64,000 bases of DNA from positions 16,458-80,457 of the forward strand of contig JAFDWK010000020.1 of NCBI GenBank assembly GCA_018268515.1, given 5' to 3'. This document shows positions 28,065 through 38,263 of this stretch, piece after piece. The stretch is from Actinomycetota bacterium. Lineage in GTDB: Bacteria; Actinomycetota; Actinomycetes; Actinomycetales; Microbacteriaceae. The notes beneath the pieces were generated by a model, which ran no database searches, was not told where the DNA came from, and worked only from the letters and a program-made list of their open reading frames with translations. Position 1 is the first letter of the stretch; the number at the start of each line of letters is the position of its first letter. Made by a program: the position numbers and the translations under genes.

Positions 28065-30197
28065 TCAGGCCGCGGCGACGCCCAGGCGGTCCAGGATCCA
28101 GGCCAGTTCGAACGCGCGCTCGCGCCAGGAGTTGTACCGGCCGCTGACGCCGCCGTGGCCCGCCACCATCTCGCACTTGAGCAGCACGTCATCCGCCCCC
28201 GCGTCGCGCAGACGCGCCACCCATTTGGCGGGCTCCACGTACAGCACGCGCGTGTCGTTGAGCGAGGTGACGGCGAGGATCGACGGATAGACGACGTCGT
28301 CCTGTACGTTCTCGTACGGGGTGTACGACTTCATGTAGGCGTACACCTCGGCGTCGTGCAGCGGGTCGCCCCACTCGTCCCACTCGATCACGGTGAGCGG
28401 GAGCGACGGATCCAGGATCGTCGTCAGCGCGTCCACGAACGGCACCGAGGCGAGGATGCCCGTGAACAGCTCGGGCGCGAGGTTCGCGACCGCTCCCACG
28501 AGCAGACCGCCGGCGCTGCCGCCCTCCGCGACCAGACGGTCCGCGGCGGTGACGCCCGCGGCGACCAGATGCCGCGCCACGGCGACGAAATTGGTGAACG
28601 TGTTCCGTTTCTGGCCGAGCTTGCCGTCCTCGTACCACTGCCGGCCCATCTCCCCGCCGCCGCGCACATGCGCGACCGCGAACACCACGCCGCGGTCCAG
28701 CTCCGACAGGCGCATGACGGACAGGCCGGGATCGATCGAGTGCTCATACGAGCCGTAGCCGTACAGATGCACCGGGCGCGGCGCGGATCCTGGTTCGCCG
28801 AACGAGCGCTTCCAGACCAGCGAGATCGGGATCCGCGTTCCGTCCTCGGCCACGGCCCAGTCCCGCCGCTGCCCGTAGTCGGCCGGGTCGTAGCCGCCCA
28901 GCACCGGCTGGCGCTTGCGCAGATGCAGCGTGCGGGTGGCGAGCTCCAGGTCGTAGACGGTCGATGGGGTGACGAAGGAGCCGTAGCCCAGGCGCAGGAA
29001 CGGCGCGGCCCATTCGGGATTGCCGCCGAAGCCGGCGGAGTACAGCGGCTCGTCGAAGCCGAGCTCGTCGAGCACGCCCGTGGCCGGATCCATCAGCGCG
29101 ATGCGCTCGAGGCCCTCGAAGCGGTAGGCGACCACCGTGATGTCGCGGAAGGCGTCGACGTCCAGCAGGCGTCGTCCCGGCGTGTGCGGCAGGATCATGC
29201 GGCGCTCGCCCTGCGGATCGTCGGCTGACACGGCCACCAGCTCGAAATCCAGCGCCCCGTCGTTGTGCAGCACGAGCAGCTCGTCCCGGCCGTCGACCAC
29301 CGCGTGCTCGATCGAGTACTCCACGCCCTCGCGGCGCGGCCACACCACGCGCGGGGGAGCGGTGAGGTCGCCGAGGTCGACGAGGAGCTCTTCGCTGGTG
29401 ATGCTGGATCCGACGCCGATCACGAGGTAGCGGCGGCTGCGGGTGATCCCGGCGCCGAGCCAGAACCGCTCGTCCGGCTCGTGGAACAGCTGCACGTCGT
29501 CGGACACATCCGTGCCGATCCGGTGCAGCCAGAGGGTGTCCGGGCGCCACGAGTCGTCGACCGTCGTGTAGATCACGGCCTCGCCATCGGGCGTGAAGAA
29601 GGCGCCGGACGTCCCGGGGATCTCGTCGGCGAAGGTCGTGCCGGTGACGAGGTCGCGCACGCGCACCGTGTAGCGCTCGTCGCCCTCGAAATCGGTGGAC
29701 CAGAGCAGCCGGGTGGCGTCGTCGGACACGTCGAACGCGCCCATGGCGAAGAACTCATGCCCCTCCGCCTCAGCGTTGCTGTCCAGGAGGACCTGCTCGC
29801 CGGGCACGGGCACGGCGGGATCCAGCACGGGCGGCGTCCAGTCATCGGGGGAGGCGACGGCGGCCCGGCACTGCAGGCCGTACTGCTGCCCCTCGACGGT
29901 GCGCCCGTAGTACCACCAGTCGCCGCGACGGGTCGGCACCGAGAGATCCGACTCCTGCACGCGCCCCTTGATCTCCTGGAACAGGGTCTCGCGCAGCGGC
30001 TCGAGGTGCGCGAGACGGGCGTCGGTGTACGCGTTCTCGGCTTCGAGGTGCGAGATCACCTCCGGATCCTCCTTCGCGCGCATCCAGTCGTACGGATCGT
30101 CGAAGACGTCGCCGTGATGACGGCGGATCAGCGAGCGGCGAGCGGCTCGCGGCGGGACGGGCAGGGAGACCGGGACGGGGTCGGAGACGGAGGTCAC
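28065..30197 (-). CDS. ptrB: oligopeptidase B / prolyl oligopeptidase family (S9A) serine peptidase
   Basis: A 710-aa protein with a beta-propeller N-terminal part and the catalytic block GGSAGGLLVGAV. Confidence 0.85.
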   Translation of the reverse strand: MTSVSDPVPVSLPVPPRAARRSLIRRHHGDVFDDPYDWMRAKEDPEVISHLEAENAYTDARLAHLEPLRETLFQEIKGRVQESDLSVPTRRGDWWYYGRTVEGQQYGLQCRAAVASPDDWTPPVLDPAVPVPGEQVLLDSNAEAEGHEFFAMGAFDVSDDATRLLWSTDFEGDERYTVRVRDLVTGTTFADEIPGTSGAFFTPDGEAVIYTTVDDSWRPDTLWLHRIGTDVSDDVQLFHEPDERFWLGAGITRSRRYLVIGVGSSITSEELLVDLGDLTAPPRVVWPRREGVEYSIEHAVVDGRDELLVLHNDGALDFELVAVSADDPQGERRMILPHTPGRRLLDVDAFRDITVVAYRFEGLERIALMDPATGVLDELGFDEPLYSAGFGGNPEWAAPFLRLGYGSFVTPSTVYDLELATRTLHLRKRQPVLGGYDPADYGQRRDWAVAEDGTRIPISLVWKRSFGEPGSAPRPVHLYGYGSYEHSIDPGLSVMRLSELDRGVVFAVAHVRGGGEMGRQWYEDGKLGQKRNTFTNFVAVARHLVAAGVTAADRLVAEGGSAGGLLVGAVANLAPELFTGILASVPFVDALTTILDPSLPLTVIEWDEWGDPLHDAEVYAYMKSYTPYENVQDDVVYPSILAVTSLNDTRVLYVEPAKWVARLRDAGADDVLLKCEMVAGHGGVSGRYNSWRERAFELAWILDRLGVAAA

Positions 30198-30363
30198 GGA
30201 TCCACGCTAGCCGAGGCCATGCGGGTCGGCTCCGAGGCGTCGTACAGGGACGTCGAGTTGACCGGCCTGGGCCGGGGTGGGAGGATGCAATCGGCCCGTT
30301 AACGGATGCTGAACCCCCGGTGAACTCTTCGTTCGTCACGTCCCTCGACTCCGAAAGCGATCG

Positions 30364-31596
30364 GTGGAAACCGCAGCCCTCATCGTCGTGCTGGTGATCC
30401 TGCTGGCACTGTTCTTCGACTTCACCAACGGGTTCCACGACACGGCGAACGCCATGGCGACGCCCATCGCGACCGGCGCGCTCAAGCCCAAAGTCGCGGT
30501 GATGCTGGCCGCCGGGCTGAACCTCGTCGGCGCCTTCCTCTCCACAGAGGTGTCCAAGACCATCTCCGGCGGCATCGTGCGCGAGGACCAGATCCACGGG
30601 GACCTGTTCCCCGCACTGATCTTCGCCGGCCTGATCGGCGCGATCACCTGGAACATGCTCACGTGGCTGCTCGGGCTCCCGTCCAGTTCCTCGCACGCCC
30701 TGTTCGGCGGCCTGATCGGTGCGACCCTCGTCGGGATCGGGATGAAGGGCATCGACTTCGGCGCCGTGCTGTCCAAGGTCGTGCTGCCGGCCCTCATCGC
30801 ACCCGTCACGGCCGGACTCATCGCCTACCTCGCCACCAAGCTCGCCTATCTGGTCACGCGCCGCTACGACGGCAAGCCCGACGGCCGCTCCGGGTTCCGG
30901 TGGGGGCAGATCTTCACGTCCTCGCTGGTGGCGCTCGCGCACGGGACGAACGACGCGCAGAAGACGATGGGCGTGATCACCCTCGCCCTGATCACCGTCG
31001 GATGGCAGTCCGGCGCGCACCACGAGCCCCAGCTGTGGGTGATCATCGCCTGCGCCTGCACGATCGCGCTGGGCACCTACCTCGGCGGCTGGCGCATCAT
31101 CCGCACGCTCGGCAAAGGCCTCACCGACGTCAAGCCCGCACAGGGCTTCGCGGCCGAGACGTCGACCGCGGCCACGATCCTCGCCTCCAGCGCCCTCGGC
31201 TTCGCACTGTCGACCACGCAGGTCGCCTCCGGATCGGTGATCGGGTCCGGACTCGGCCGCCGCGGATCGACCGTGCGCTGGCGCACGGCGGGTCGCATCG
31301 CCATCGGCTGGGTGCTCACCCTCCCGGCGGCGGCCGCGGTCGGCGCGGTCGCGGCGCTCATCGTCGTGCTCGGCGGCGGCTGGGGCGTGCTGATCGATGC
31401 GATCCTCGCGATCGCGGTGATCATCGCCCTGTTCGCGCGCTCGCGCCGCAACGCCGTGACGGCGAACAACGCGTTCAGCGAGGTGGCCGCCTCCGGTCAC
31501 GCGATCGACGTGCCCGAGGCGCCGCCGCTCACTCCGCGGCAGGCGAGGGCTCAGCGTGCGCGCGAGCGCGCGAAGGCGAAGGGGGCCGGACGATGA
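30364..31596 (+). CDS. pit: inorganic phosphate transporter, PiT family
   Basis: It has FFDFTNGFHDTANAMAT and the repeated GTNDAQKTMG signature. Confidence 0.9.
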   Translation: METAALIVVLVILLALFFDFTNGFHDTANAMATPIATGALKPKVAVMLAAGLNLVGAFLSTEVSKTISGGIVREDQIHGDLFPALIFAGLIGAITWNMLTWLLGLPSSSSHALFGGLIGATLVGIGMKGIDFGAVLSKVVLPALIAPVTAGLIAYLATKLAYLVTRRYDGKPDGRSGFRWGQIFTSSLVALAHGTNDAQKTMGVITLALITVGWQSGAHHEPQLWVIIACACTIALGTYLGGWRIIRTLGKGLTDVKPAQGFAAETSTAATILASSALGFALSTTQVASGSVIGSGLGRRGSTVRWRTAGRIAIGWVLTLPAAAAVGAVAALIVVLGGGWGVLIDAILAIAVIIALFARSRRNAVTANNAFSEVAASGHAIDVPEAPPLTPRQARAQRARERAKAKGAGR

Positions 31597-31925
31597 CCGT
31601 GGTGATCCACTGGGAGGCCTTCTTCGAGGTTCTCGGAGCGGCCCTCATCGGCACCCTCCTCGTGGTCGGCTTCTACGCGCTCGGCCTGCGGATGATGGTG
31701 CGCGCCGGCCGTTCGCCGGTGGTCACGCCCGCGGAGTTCACCGACGCGATCACCGTGATCAGCGACAAGGAGGCCAGGCGTGCGGCGAAGGCGGCCGCCA
31801 AGGCCGCGCGCAAGAGCCCGCTCAGCGAGGGGCAGAAGACCCTCGCCCAGATCGCGGCCTACGCCTGCTTCGTCGTCTGCGCGGCCGCGGTGCTCGGCGG
31901 CATCCTGCTCATCGTCGTGAAGTAG
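31593..31925 (+). CDS. small membrane protein translationally coupled to pit
   Basis: ATGA overlap with pit. It has two hydrophobic helices flanking a Lys/Ala-rich loop. Confidence 0.5.
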   Translation: MTVVIHWEAFFEVLGAALIGTLLVVGFYALGLRMMVRAGRSPVVTPAEFTDAITVISDKEARRAAKAAAKAARKSPLSEGQKTLAQIAAYACFVVCAAAVLGGILLIVVK

Positions 31926-31982
31926 CCCGCCCATGCGTCGTCGCGCCGGGAGGGATCCCGTCGCGGCGCTAGCCTGGGCACC

Positions 31983-32885
31983 ATGACAGTGCAGTTCGGT
32001 CGATACGCACCGCCCACGCACACCCTGGTGCATGTCAGCGACCCGCACCTGCTGGCCGGGGGAGCAGCCCTCGGCGGGCGCTTCGACGTGGACCGCACCC
32101 TGGCCCGCACGCTCGCCGCGATCGAGAGCGCCGTGCAGCGCCCCGACGCGATCGTGGTCACCGGAGACCTCGCCGACCTCGGCGAGCCGGACGCGTACCG
32201 GCGTCTGCGGTCCGTCGTGGAGCCCGTGTCCGAGCGCCTCGGCGCACCCCTGATCTGGGTCGCCGGCAATCATGACGAGCGCCCGGCGATGCGGGAGCAC
32301 CTGCTGGACTCGGCTCCCACCGAGGATCCGGTCACCGGGGTCTGGGATCTGAACGGCCTGCGGGTGATCGCGCTGGATTCCACGGTCCCCGGCTGGCACC
32401 ACGGCGATCTCGACCCCGGCCAGCTCGCCTGGCTCGGCGATCAGCTGCGCACGCCGGCGCCGCACGGCACCCTGCTCGCGATGCATCATCCGCCGGTGCC
32501 GAGCCACATCCCGTTCTTCGACATCCTCGAGCTGCGCCACCAGGACGAGCTCGCCGACGTGCTGCGCGGGTCCGATGTGCGCGGGATCCTCGCCGGTCAC
32601 CTGCATTATCCGCTGCACGCCACGTTCGCCGGCATCCCGGTGAGCGTGGCGAGCGCCACCTGCTACACCATGGACGTCGCGAGTCCCGCCGATCGGGTGA
32701 ACGGCATGGACGCCGCGCAGTCGTTCCAGCTGGTGCACGTACGGCCCCAGACCATCACGCACACGGTGGTCCCCGTGGTCGAGGCGGCGCCGGTCGACAC
32801 CTTCGGCCCGGAGTGGGTGGCGCGGATGGCCGGGCTCACGCCCGAACAGCGGCTGGAGGCGTTCTCGCGCAAGCCGGGACGGTGA
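31983..32885 (+). CDS. metallophosphoesterase, CpdA/Rv0805-like cyclic nucleotide phosphodiesterase
   Basis: It has VSDPHL, TGDLAD, GNHDE and GHLH metallophosphatase motifs. Confidence 0.75.
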   Translation: MTVQFGRYAPPTHTLVHVSDPHLLAGGAALGGRFDVDRTLARTLAAIESAVQRPDAIVVTGDLADLGEPDAYRRLRSVVEPVSERLGAPLIWVAGNHDERPAMREHLLDSAPTEDPVTGVWDLNGLRVIALDSTVPGWHHGDLDPGQLAWLGDQLRTPAPHGTLLAMHHPPVPSHIPFFDILELRHQDELADVLRGSDVRGILAGHLHYPLHATFAGIPVSVASATCYTMDVASPADRVNGMDAAQSFQLVHVRPQTITHTVVPVVEAAPVDTFGPEWVARMAGLTPEQRLEAFSRKPGR

Positions 32886-32943
32886 GCCGGGATGGGTAGG
32901 ATGAAGGCATCCCCCTTCCCTGTTCGCCATCACCCACGAGGAT

Positions 32944-34410
32944 GTGTCCATGGCCGCCGTTGCGCCTGCCGCCCGTACCGAAACCGACTCCCTGGGAAGC
33001 AAGGAGATCCCGGCCGACGCGTATTGGGGGATCCATACGCTCCGCGCCGCCGAGAACTTCCCGATCACCAAGCGCCCGATCTCCGTCTACCCGGAGCTGA
33101 TCGAGGCACTGGCGATGGTCAAGCAGGCCAGCGCCCGCGCGAACAAGGAGATCGGCGCCCTCGACCCGGAGAAGGCGGACCTCATCGACGCCGCCGCGCA
33201 GAAGGTCATCAACGGCGAGTTCCACGACCAGTTCATCGTCGGCGTCATCCAGGGCGGGGCCGGCACCTCGACCAACATGAACGCGAACGAGGTCATCACC
33301 AACATCGCGCTCGAGCTGGCCGGCCGGGAGAAGGGCGATTACGCCTTCCTCTCGCCGATCGACCACACGAACCGCAGCCAGTCCACGAACGACGTCTACC
33401 CGACGGCGATCAAGATCGGCCTGTCGCTCAACCTGCGCTCGCTGCTGGACGAGCTCGACCTGCTGCGCGTGTCGTTCCTGAACAAGGCGCGCGAGTTCCA
33501 CGACGTGCTCAAGGTCGGTCGCACCCAGCTGCAGGACGCGGTGCCGATGACCCTCGGCCAGGAGTTCCACGGCTTCGCCTCGACCCTCGGCTACGATCAC
33601 ACGCGTCTCACCGAGAACGCCTGGCTCATGTACGAGATCAACATGGGCGCGACCGCGATCGGCACGGGCATCACCACGCACCCGGCCTACGCCCCGTCCG
33701 TGCTGAAGCACCTGCGCGAGATCTCGGGGCTGGACCTGGCCACCGCGAGCGACCTGGTCGAGGCGACCAGCGACACCGGATCGTTCATGTCGTTCTCCTC
33801 GTCGCTCAAGCGCAACGCGATGAAGCTCTCCAAGATCTGCAACGACCTGCGCCTGCTCTCCTCGGGCCCGCAGGCCGGTCTCGGCGAGATCAACCTGCCC
33901 GCGATGCAGGCCGGCTCCAGCATCATGCCGGGCAAGGTCAACCCGGTCATCCCCGAGGTCGTGAACCAGGTGGCGTTCGCCGTCGCCGGATCCGACATGA
34001 CGGTCACGATGGCCGCCGAGGCCGGTCAGCTGCAGCTGAACGCCTTCGAGCCCGTGATCGCGCACTCGATCTTCCAGTCCATCACCTGGATGCGCCAGGC
34101 CATGTGGACCCTGCGCGTGAACTGCGTCGACGGCATCACCGCCAACCGCGACCGCCTCGGCGCGATGGTCGGATCCTCGGTCGGCGTGATCACCGCGCTC
34201 ACCCCGTTCATCGGCTACGCTGCGTCGGCCGCGCTCGCCAAGACCGCGCTGCTGACCAACCGCAACGTCGCCGACCTCGTGGTCGAGGCGGGTCTGATGT
34301 CGCGCGACGAAGTCACCAAGCAGCTGTCGCCGGCGCGCCTGTCGGGCCTGGAGACCATCACCTCGGCGATCCCGGTGATCCCGTCGAAAGACGTCGACGC
34401 GGGAGCCTGA
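32944..34410 (+). CDS. aspA: aspartate ammonia-lyase
   Basis: It has the class II fumarase/aspartase fold with QSTNDVYPTA and GSSIMPGKVNPVIPE. The start is 32944 (GTG) or 32950 (ATG). Confidence 0.85.
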   Translation: MSMAAVAPAARTETDSLGSKEIPADAYWGIHTLRAAENFPITKRPISVYPELIEALAMVKQASARANKEIGALDPEKADLIDAAAQKVINGEFHDQFIVGVIQGGAGTSTNMNANEVITNIALELAGREKGDYAFLSPIDHTNRSQSTNDVYPTAIKIGLSLNLRSLLDELDLLRVSFLNKAREFHDVLKVGRTQLQDAVPMTLGQEFHGFASTLGYDHTRLTENAWLMYEINMGATAIGTGITTHPAYAPSVLKHLREISGLDLATASDLVEATSDTGSFMSFSSSLKRNAMKLSKICNDLRLLSSGPQAGLGEINLPAMQAGSSIMPGKVNPVIPEVVNQVAFAVAGSDMTVTMAAEAGQLQLNAFEPVIAHSIFQSITWMRQAMWTLRVNCVDGITANRDRLGAMVGSSVGVITALTPFIGYAASAALAKTALLTNRNVADLVVEAGLMSRDEVTKQLSPARLSGLETITSAIPVIPSKDVDAGA

Positions 34411-34427
34411 CCCCTGTCGAACGTCGA

Positions 34428-34461
34428 AACGGCCCGTCGCTCTCCACAGCGGCGGGCCGTT
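34428..34461. terminator. bidirectional hairpin between aspA and the convergent FAH-family gene
   Basis: AACGGCCCGTCGC-TCTCCACA-GCGGCGGGCCGTT forms a 13-bp stem with one G-U pair. Confidence 0.6.
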
Positions 34462-34485
34462 GTCGTCCCTCGGGGCCGGATCCGA

Positions 34486-35355
34486 TCAGTCCAGGATCCG
34501 GCAGTGCGTCGTGAGCTCGCCGATACCGTCGATGCCGACCGTGACGGTCGAACGGTCGCGGAGGAAGATCTGCGGGTCCCGGGAGTATCCGGCGCCGCCG
34601 GGGCTGCCGGTGGAGATGAGCGTGCCCGGCCGCAGGGTGAGCGAGCGCGACAGGTGAGCGATGAGGGCGGACACCGGCCGCACCATCTGCCCGGTCGTGG
34701 CGTCCTGCACCCGGTGTCCGTCGACGACCGTCCAGATGTGCAGGTCCTGCGGATCCGGGATCTCGTCGGCCGTGACGACCACCGGACCGGTGGGGGAGAA
34801 GCCGTCGAAGGATTTGCAGCGCGACCACTGCGCCTCGGCGAACTGGATGTCGCGCGCGGTGATGTCGTTGACCACCGTGTATCCCCAGACGTGGTCGAGC
34901 GCGTCCTCGGCCGACACGTCCTTCGCGGCGGCTCCGATCACGACGCCGAGCTCGGCCTCGTAGTCCACGGACTCGGACAGAGCCCGCGGCCAGGACGTGG
35001 TCTGCCCGTGCCCGGCGAGGGAGTTCGGCCACAGCGTGAACACGGTCGGGGCGGTGTCGGTCTTGAGCCCGAGCTCGCTCGAGTGCGCGGCGTAGTTCAG
35101 GCCCACCGCCAGCACGACCGGAGGTGCGAGGACGGCCGCGCTGTACGCGAAGCCGTCGAGCGGGTGCACCGGCGCCTCGCCGCGGGCGTGCGCGGTGCGG
35201 ACGGCGTCGAGAAGGACGTCGCCGCCCTCGATGAGATGCTGGAGGGTGGCAGGGGCCGGATCCACGAGATCGGAGACGAGCGTCGCGCCCGAGCCATCGA
35301 TGACGGCGAGGGCAGGAAGGCCGGATTCGGGACGGCGCAGATGAGCGAACCGCAT
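34486..35355 (-). CDS. fumarylacetoacetate hydrolase family protein
   Basis: It has family blocks VGLNYAAH, DYEAELGVVIG and GTLISTGSPGG. Confidence 0.85.
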   Translation of the reverse strand: MRFAHLRRPESGLPALAVIDGSGATLVSDLVDPAPATLQHLIEGGDVLLDAVRTAHARGEAPVHPLDGFAYSAAVLAPPVVLAVGLNYAAHSSELGLKTDTAPTVFTLWPNSLAGHGQTTSWPRALSESVDYEAELGVVIGAAAKDVSAEDALDHVWGYTVVNDITARDIQFAEAQWSRCKSFDGFSPTGPVVVTADEIPDPQDLHIWTVVDGHRVQDATTGQMVRPVSALIAHLSRSLTLRPGTLISTGSPGGAGYSRDPQIFLRDRSTVTVGIDGIGELTTHCRILD

Positions 35356-35414
35356 GACTCCACGCTACCCGGCGCACCCGGTGCCCCGCCGCTGCGAGCC
35401 TCTAGGCTTTGGGC

Positions 35415-36797
35415 ATGAGCTTTGGAGGACACGGCGATCCCGCCGCGCAGCGCCCGGCGTCGCGTCCGTCGCCGCCCGTGCAGGCGTCGTATCGGCCGCC
35501 GATCGCGCAGCCGTCGTACGGACAGCAGCCGGCGGGCGCCTATCAGCCTCCCCGATATGCGCAGCAGCCGCAGTATGTGCAGCCGCAGGCCTATCCGCAG
35601 ACGGCGTCGACGCCGGTCGCGCCGGTCTACGGATCGGTGCTCGCCCGGCGCCCGGAGCATCACGGCGCCGTGGCCTACGACACCTACACGCCGCCCGCGC
35701 CCGTGCAGGCGGTGCCCGCGCTGCCGGTGCCGTCGGCGAAGGGAAGGCACGCATCGGTGTGGGCGTTCGGCGCGCTCGGCTTCGTGCTGCTCGGGCTCAT
35801 CGCCTACTTCGTCTGGGCGCTCGGGCCTTCCGCCTCCCTGATCGGCATGGTCCTGGCGCTCGTACCGCTGACGATCGTCTTCTTCGGGGTGTTCTTCATC
35901 GATCGCTGGGAGCCCGAGCCCAGGTCGCTGGTCGCCTTCGCGATCGCCTGGGGGGCCATCGCCTCGGTCGGGCTCGCGCTGCTCGTCGACCTGCTGCTCA
36001 CGCTGCTCGTCGGGCGGCGCGGCGACGGGCTGGCCGCCGTGATCCAGGCGCCCATCGTGGAGGAGAGCGCCAAGGGCCTCGGCGTGTTCCTGATCTTCCT
36101 GATGGCGCGGCGCGCCTTCGACGGCCCGATCGACGGCATCGTCTACGGAGCGCTGGTCGGTGCGGGCTTCGCATTCACCGAGAACATCCAGTACTTCGCG
36201 ATCAGCCTGATCGAGGGCGGCGCGCCCGATCTCACCGTGACGTTCGTGCTGCGCGGGCTCATGTCGCCGTTCGCCCACGCCATGTTCACCTCGGTGACCG
36301 GGTTCGCGATCGGGCTGGCCGCACGCCGAGGGGCGTCGGCGGGGCGTGTGCTCGGTGCCGCAGTGCTGGGACTGATCGGCGCGATGGCGCTGCACGCGCT
36401 GTGGAACGGCTCGTCGATGATCGGCAATTTCTTCGTGCTGTACCTCGTGCTGCAGGTTCCGCTCTTCGCCGGCTTCATCATCGCGATCATCCTGTTGCGC
36501 AAGGAGGAGGCGCGGCTCACCTTCGCCCGGTTGAGCGACTACGCGACCGCCGGATGGTTCACGACGCAGGAGGTGCTCATGCTCGCCACCCCGGCGGGTC
36601 GGCGCGCCGGCATGCGGTGGGCGGCCGGGCTTCGCGGAGACCGCCGGCCGATCATGCGCGGCTTCATCAAGGATGCGACCACGCTCGCCTCGGTGCGTCA
36701 GCGCATCATCACGGGGCGGGATCCGCTCGCGAGTCAGGACGAGCGGGCGCTGCTGCAGCGTACGCACGCCGCCCGCGACGCCCTGCTCGCGGTGTGA
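35415..36797 (+). CDS. PrsW-family intramembrane metalloprotease with a Gln/Pro/Tyr-rich N-terminal region
   Basis: It has DRWEPEP, the EESAKG motif and FAFTENIQY. Confidence 0.8.
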   Translation: MSFGGHGDPAAQRPASRPSPPVQASYRPPIAQPSYGQQPAGAYQPPRYAQQPQYVQPQAYPQTASTPVAPVYGSVLARRPEHHGAVAYDTYTPPAPVQAVPALPVPSAKGRHASVWAFGALGFVLLGLIAYFVWALGPSASLIGMVLALVPLTIVFFGVFFIDRWEPEPRSLVAFAIAWGAIASVGLALLVDLLLTLLVGRRGDGLAAVIQAPIVEESAKGLGVFLIFLMARRAFDGPIDGIVYGALVGAGFAFTENIQYFAISLIEGGAPDLTVTFVLRGLMSPFAHAMFTSVTGFAIGLAARRGASAGRVLGAAVLGLIGAMALHALWNGSSMIGNFFVLYLVLQVPLFAGFIIAIILLRKEEARLTFARLSDYATAGWFTTQEVLMLATPAGRRAGMRWAAGLRGDRRPIMRGFIKDATTLASVRQRIITGRDPLASQDERALLQRTHAARDALLAV

Positions 36798-36903
36798 CGG
36801 CGGGCGGAGGTTCCGCCTCGCTCCGCCCTCGGCGGTGCTCGCTCGACCTTGCCGTGACGATGACTCACGTCCGCTGCGCGGCCGGGAGCCGTCGCGGAGC
36901 AAG

Positions 36904-36954
36904 ACTCAGCGCCCGGTGCTGCGGCGATGCCTGCAAGTCCTCCGGGCGCTGAGT
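36904..36954. other. 13-bp perfect inverted repeat ACTCAGCGCCCGG / CCGGGCGCTGAGT (25-nt loop) in a 300-bp gap
   Basis: Read directly. It lies between PrsW and the FKBP gene. Confidence 0.4.
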
Positions 36955-37096
36955 TGGCCTGAGATCAGGGTGCACCCCTCTGGCGGAGAAGTCAAGGATT
37001 CGACGCCGATCCCGACGATGCCGAGATCCGGCCTGTTCGCCGTCGGCGCATCCGCTCGCGTTGACCGCTCCGGAACCGTCGGGTTGGATGGAGGAC

Positions 37097-37465
37097 ATGA
37101 CTGAGCGCACCAAGCCCGAGTTCGACGCCCCCACCGGACCCGCTCCTGCGGAGCTCGTGATCCGCGACCTCATCGAGGGAAACGGTGACGAGGCCAAGCC
37201 CGGCGACACCGTCACCGTGCACTACGCCGGTGTCGAGCACGACACCGGCGAGGAGTTCGACTCCTCGTGGGGCCGTGGCGAGACCATCCAGTTCCCGCTG
37301 CGCGGCCTGATCCAGGGCTGGCAGGAAGGCATCCCCGGCATGAAGGTCGGCGGGCGGCGTGAGCTGACCATCCCTCCGCACCTCGCCTACGGACCCGCCG
37401 GATCCGGGCACTTCCTGGGGGGCAAGACCCTCATCTTCATCATCGACCTCGTCGCCGTCGGCTGA
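37097..37465 (+). CDS. FKBP-type peptidyl-prolyl cis-trans isomerase
   Basis: It has VHYAGV...GEEFDSSW.RG....F.LG...I.GW.EG..GM.VGGRR.L.IP..LAYG. GGAGGAC precedes ATG 37097. Confidence 0.88.
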   Translation: MTERTKPEFDAPTGPAPAELVIRDLIEGNGDEAKPGDTVTVHYAGVEHDTGEEFDSSWGRGETIQFPLRGLIQGWQEGIPGMKVGGRRELTIPPHLAYGPAGSGHFLGGKTLIFIIDLVAVG

Positions 37466-37477
37466 CGATCGCGATCC

Positions 37478-37507
37478 CGAAGGCCCTGTCCGCGGACAGG
37501 GCCTTCG
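37478..37507 (+). terminator. perfect 14-bp palindromic hairpin after the FKBP gene
   Basis: The sequence is CGAAGGCCCTGTCC-GC-GGACAGGGCCTTCG. Confidence 0.65.
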
Positions 37508-37629
37508 TCGTGTGCGGGCAGGGCCGCGAAGAAAAGTCAGACGGATCGGGAATGCATTCACACGCATGTAAGTTGAACCATGATGTCGCCGCAGCAGCGG
37601 TGGCGGAGATCTTCCGACGAGGAGCACCA

Positions 37630-38178
37630 ATGAGCATCGACATCCCCGGCTACCGCAGCGGCACCTGGACCCTGGACCCCGCCCACAGCGAGGTCACGTT
37701 CAGTGTGCGTCACATGATGATCTCGAAGGTGCGCGGCACCTTCGGCGTGAAGAGCGCCACCCTCGTCGCTCCGGAGAACCCGCTCGAGGCGCGCGTCGAG
37801 GCGAGCGTCGACGTGACCTCGCTGAGCACCGGTGACGCCGGTCGTGACGGCCACCTGCTCTCGGGCGACTTCTTCGACGTCGAGAAGTACCCGACGATGG
37901 ACTTCGTCTCGACCGGTGCGCGCGCCGAGGGCGGCGAGCTGTACGTCGACGGCGACCTGACCATCCACGGCGTCACCAAGCCGGTCACCTTCGAACTGGA
38001 CTTCGGCGGCTTCGGCGCCGACCCGTACGGCAACTACAAGGCCGGTGCATCGGCGAAGGCCGTCATCAACCGCGAGGACTTCGGCCTCACCTGGAATGCG
38101 GCGCTGGAGACCGGTGGTGTGCTCGTCGGCAAGGACGTCACGATCACCCTCGACCTGCAGGGCGCACTGCAGGCGTAA
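37630..38178 (+). CDS. YceI family polyisoprenoid-binding protein
   Basis: It has WTLDPAHSEVTFSVRHMMISKVRGTF and RDGHLLSGDFFDVEKYPTM. Confidence 0.85.
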   Translation: MSIDIPGYRSGTWTLDPAHSEVTFSVRHMMISKVRGTFGVKSATLVAPENPLEARVEASVDVTSLSTGDAGRDGHLLSGDFFDVEKYPTMDFVSTGARAEGGELYVDGDLTIHGVTKPVTFELDFGGFGADPYGNYKAGASAKAVINREDFGLTWNAALETGGVLVGKDVTITLDLQGALQA

Positions 38179-38191
38179 TCCGAGATGGCCT

Positions 38192-38229
38192 CGAGGGGCG
38201 GGCGTCGCACCACGCGGCGCCGCCCCTCG
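38192..38229. terminator. imperfect bidirectional hairpin between the YceI-family gene and the convergent glycosylase gene
   Basis: CGAGGGGCGGGCG...CGCCGCCCCTCG forms a roughly 12-bp stem with one bulge. Confidence 0.45.
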
Positions 38230-38263
38230 GCGTCCGGGCGCATCCGTCATCCGGACGCCGGGA

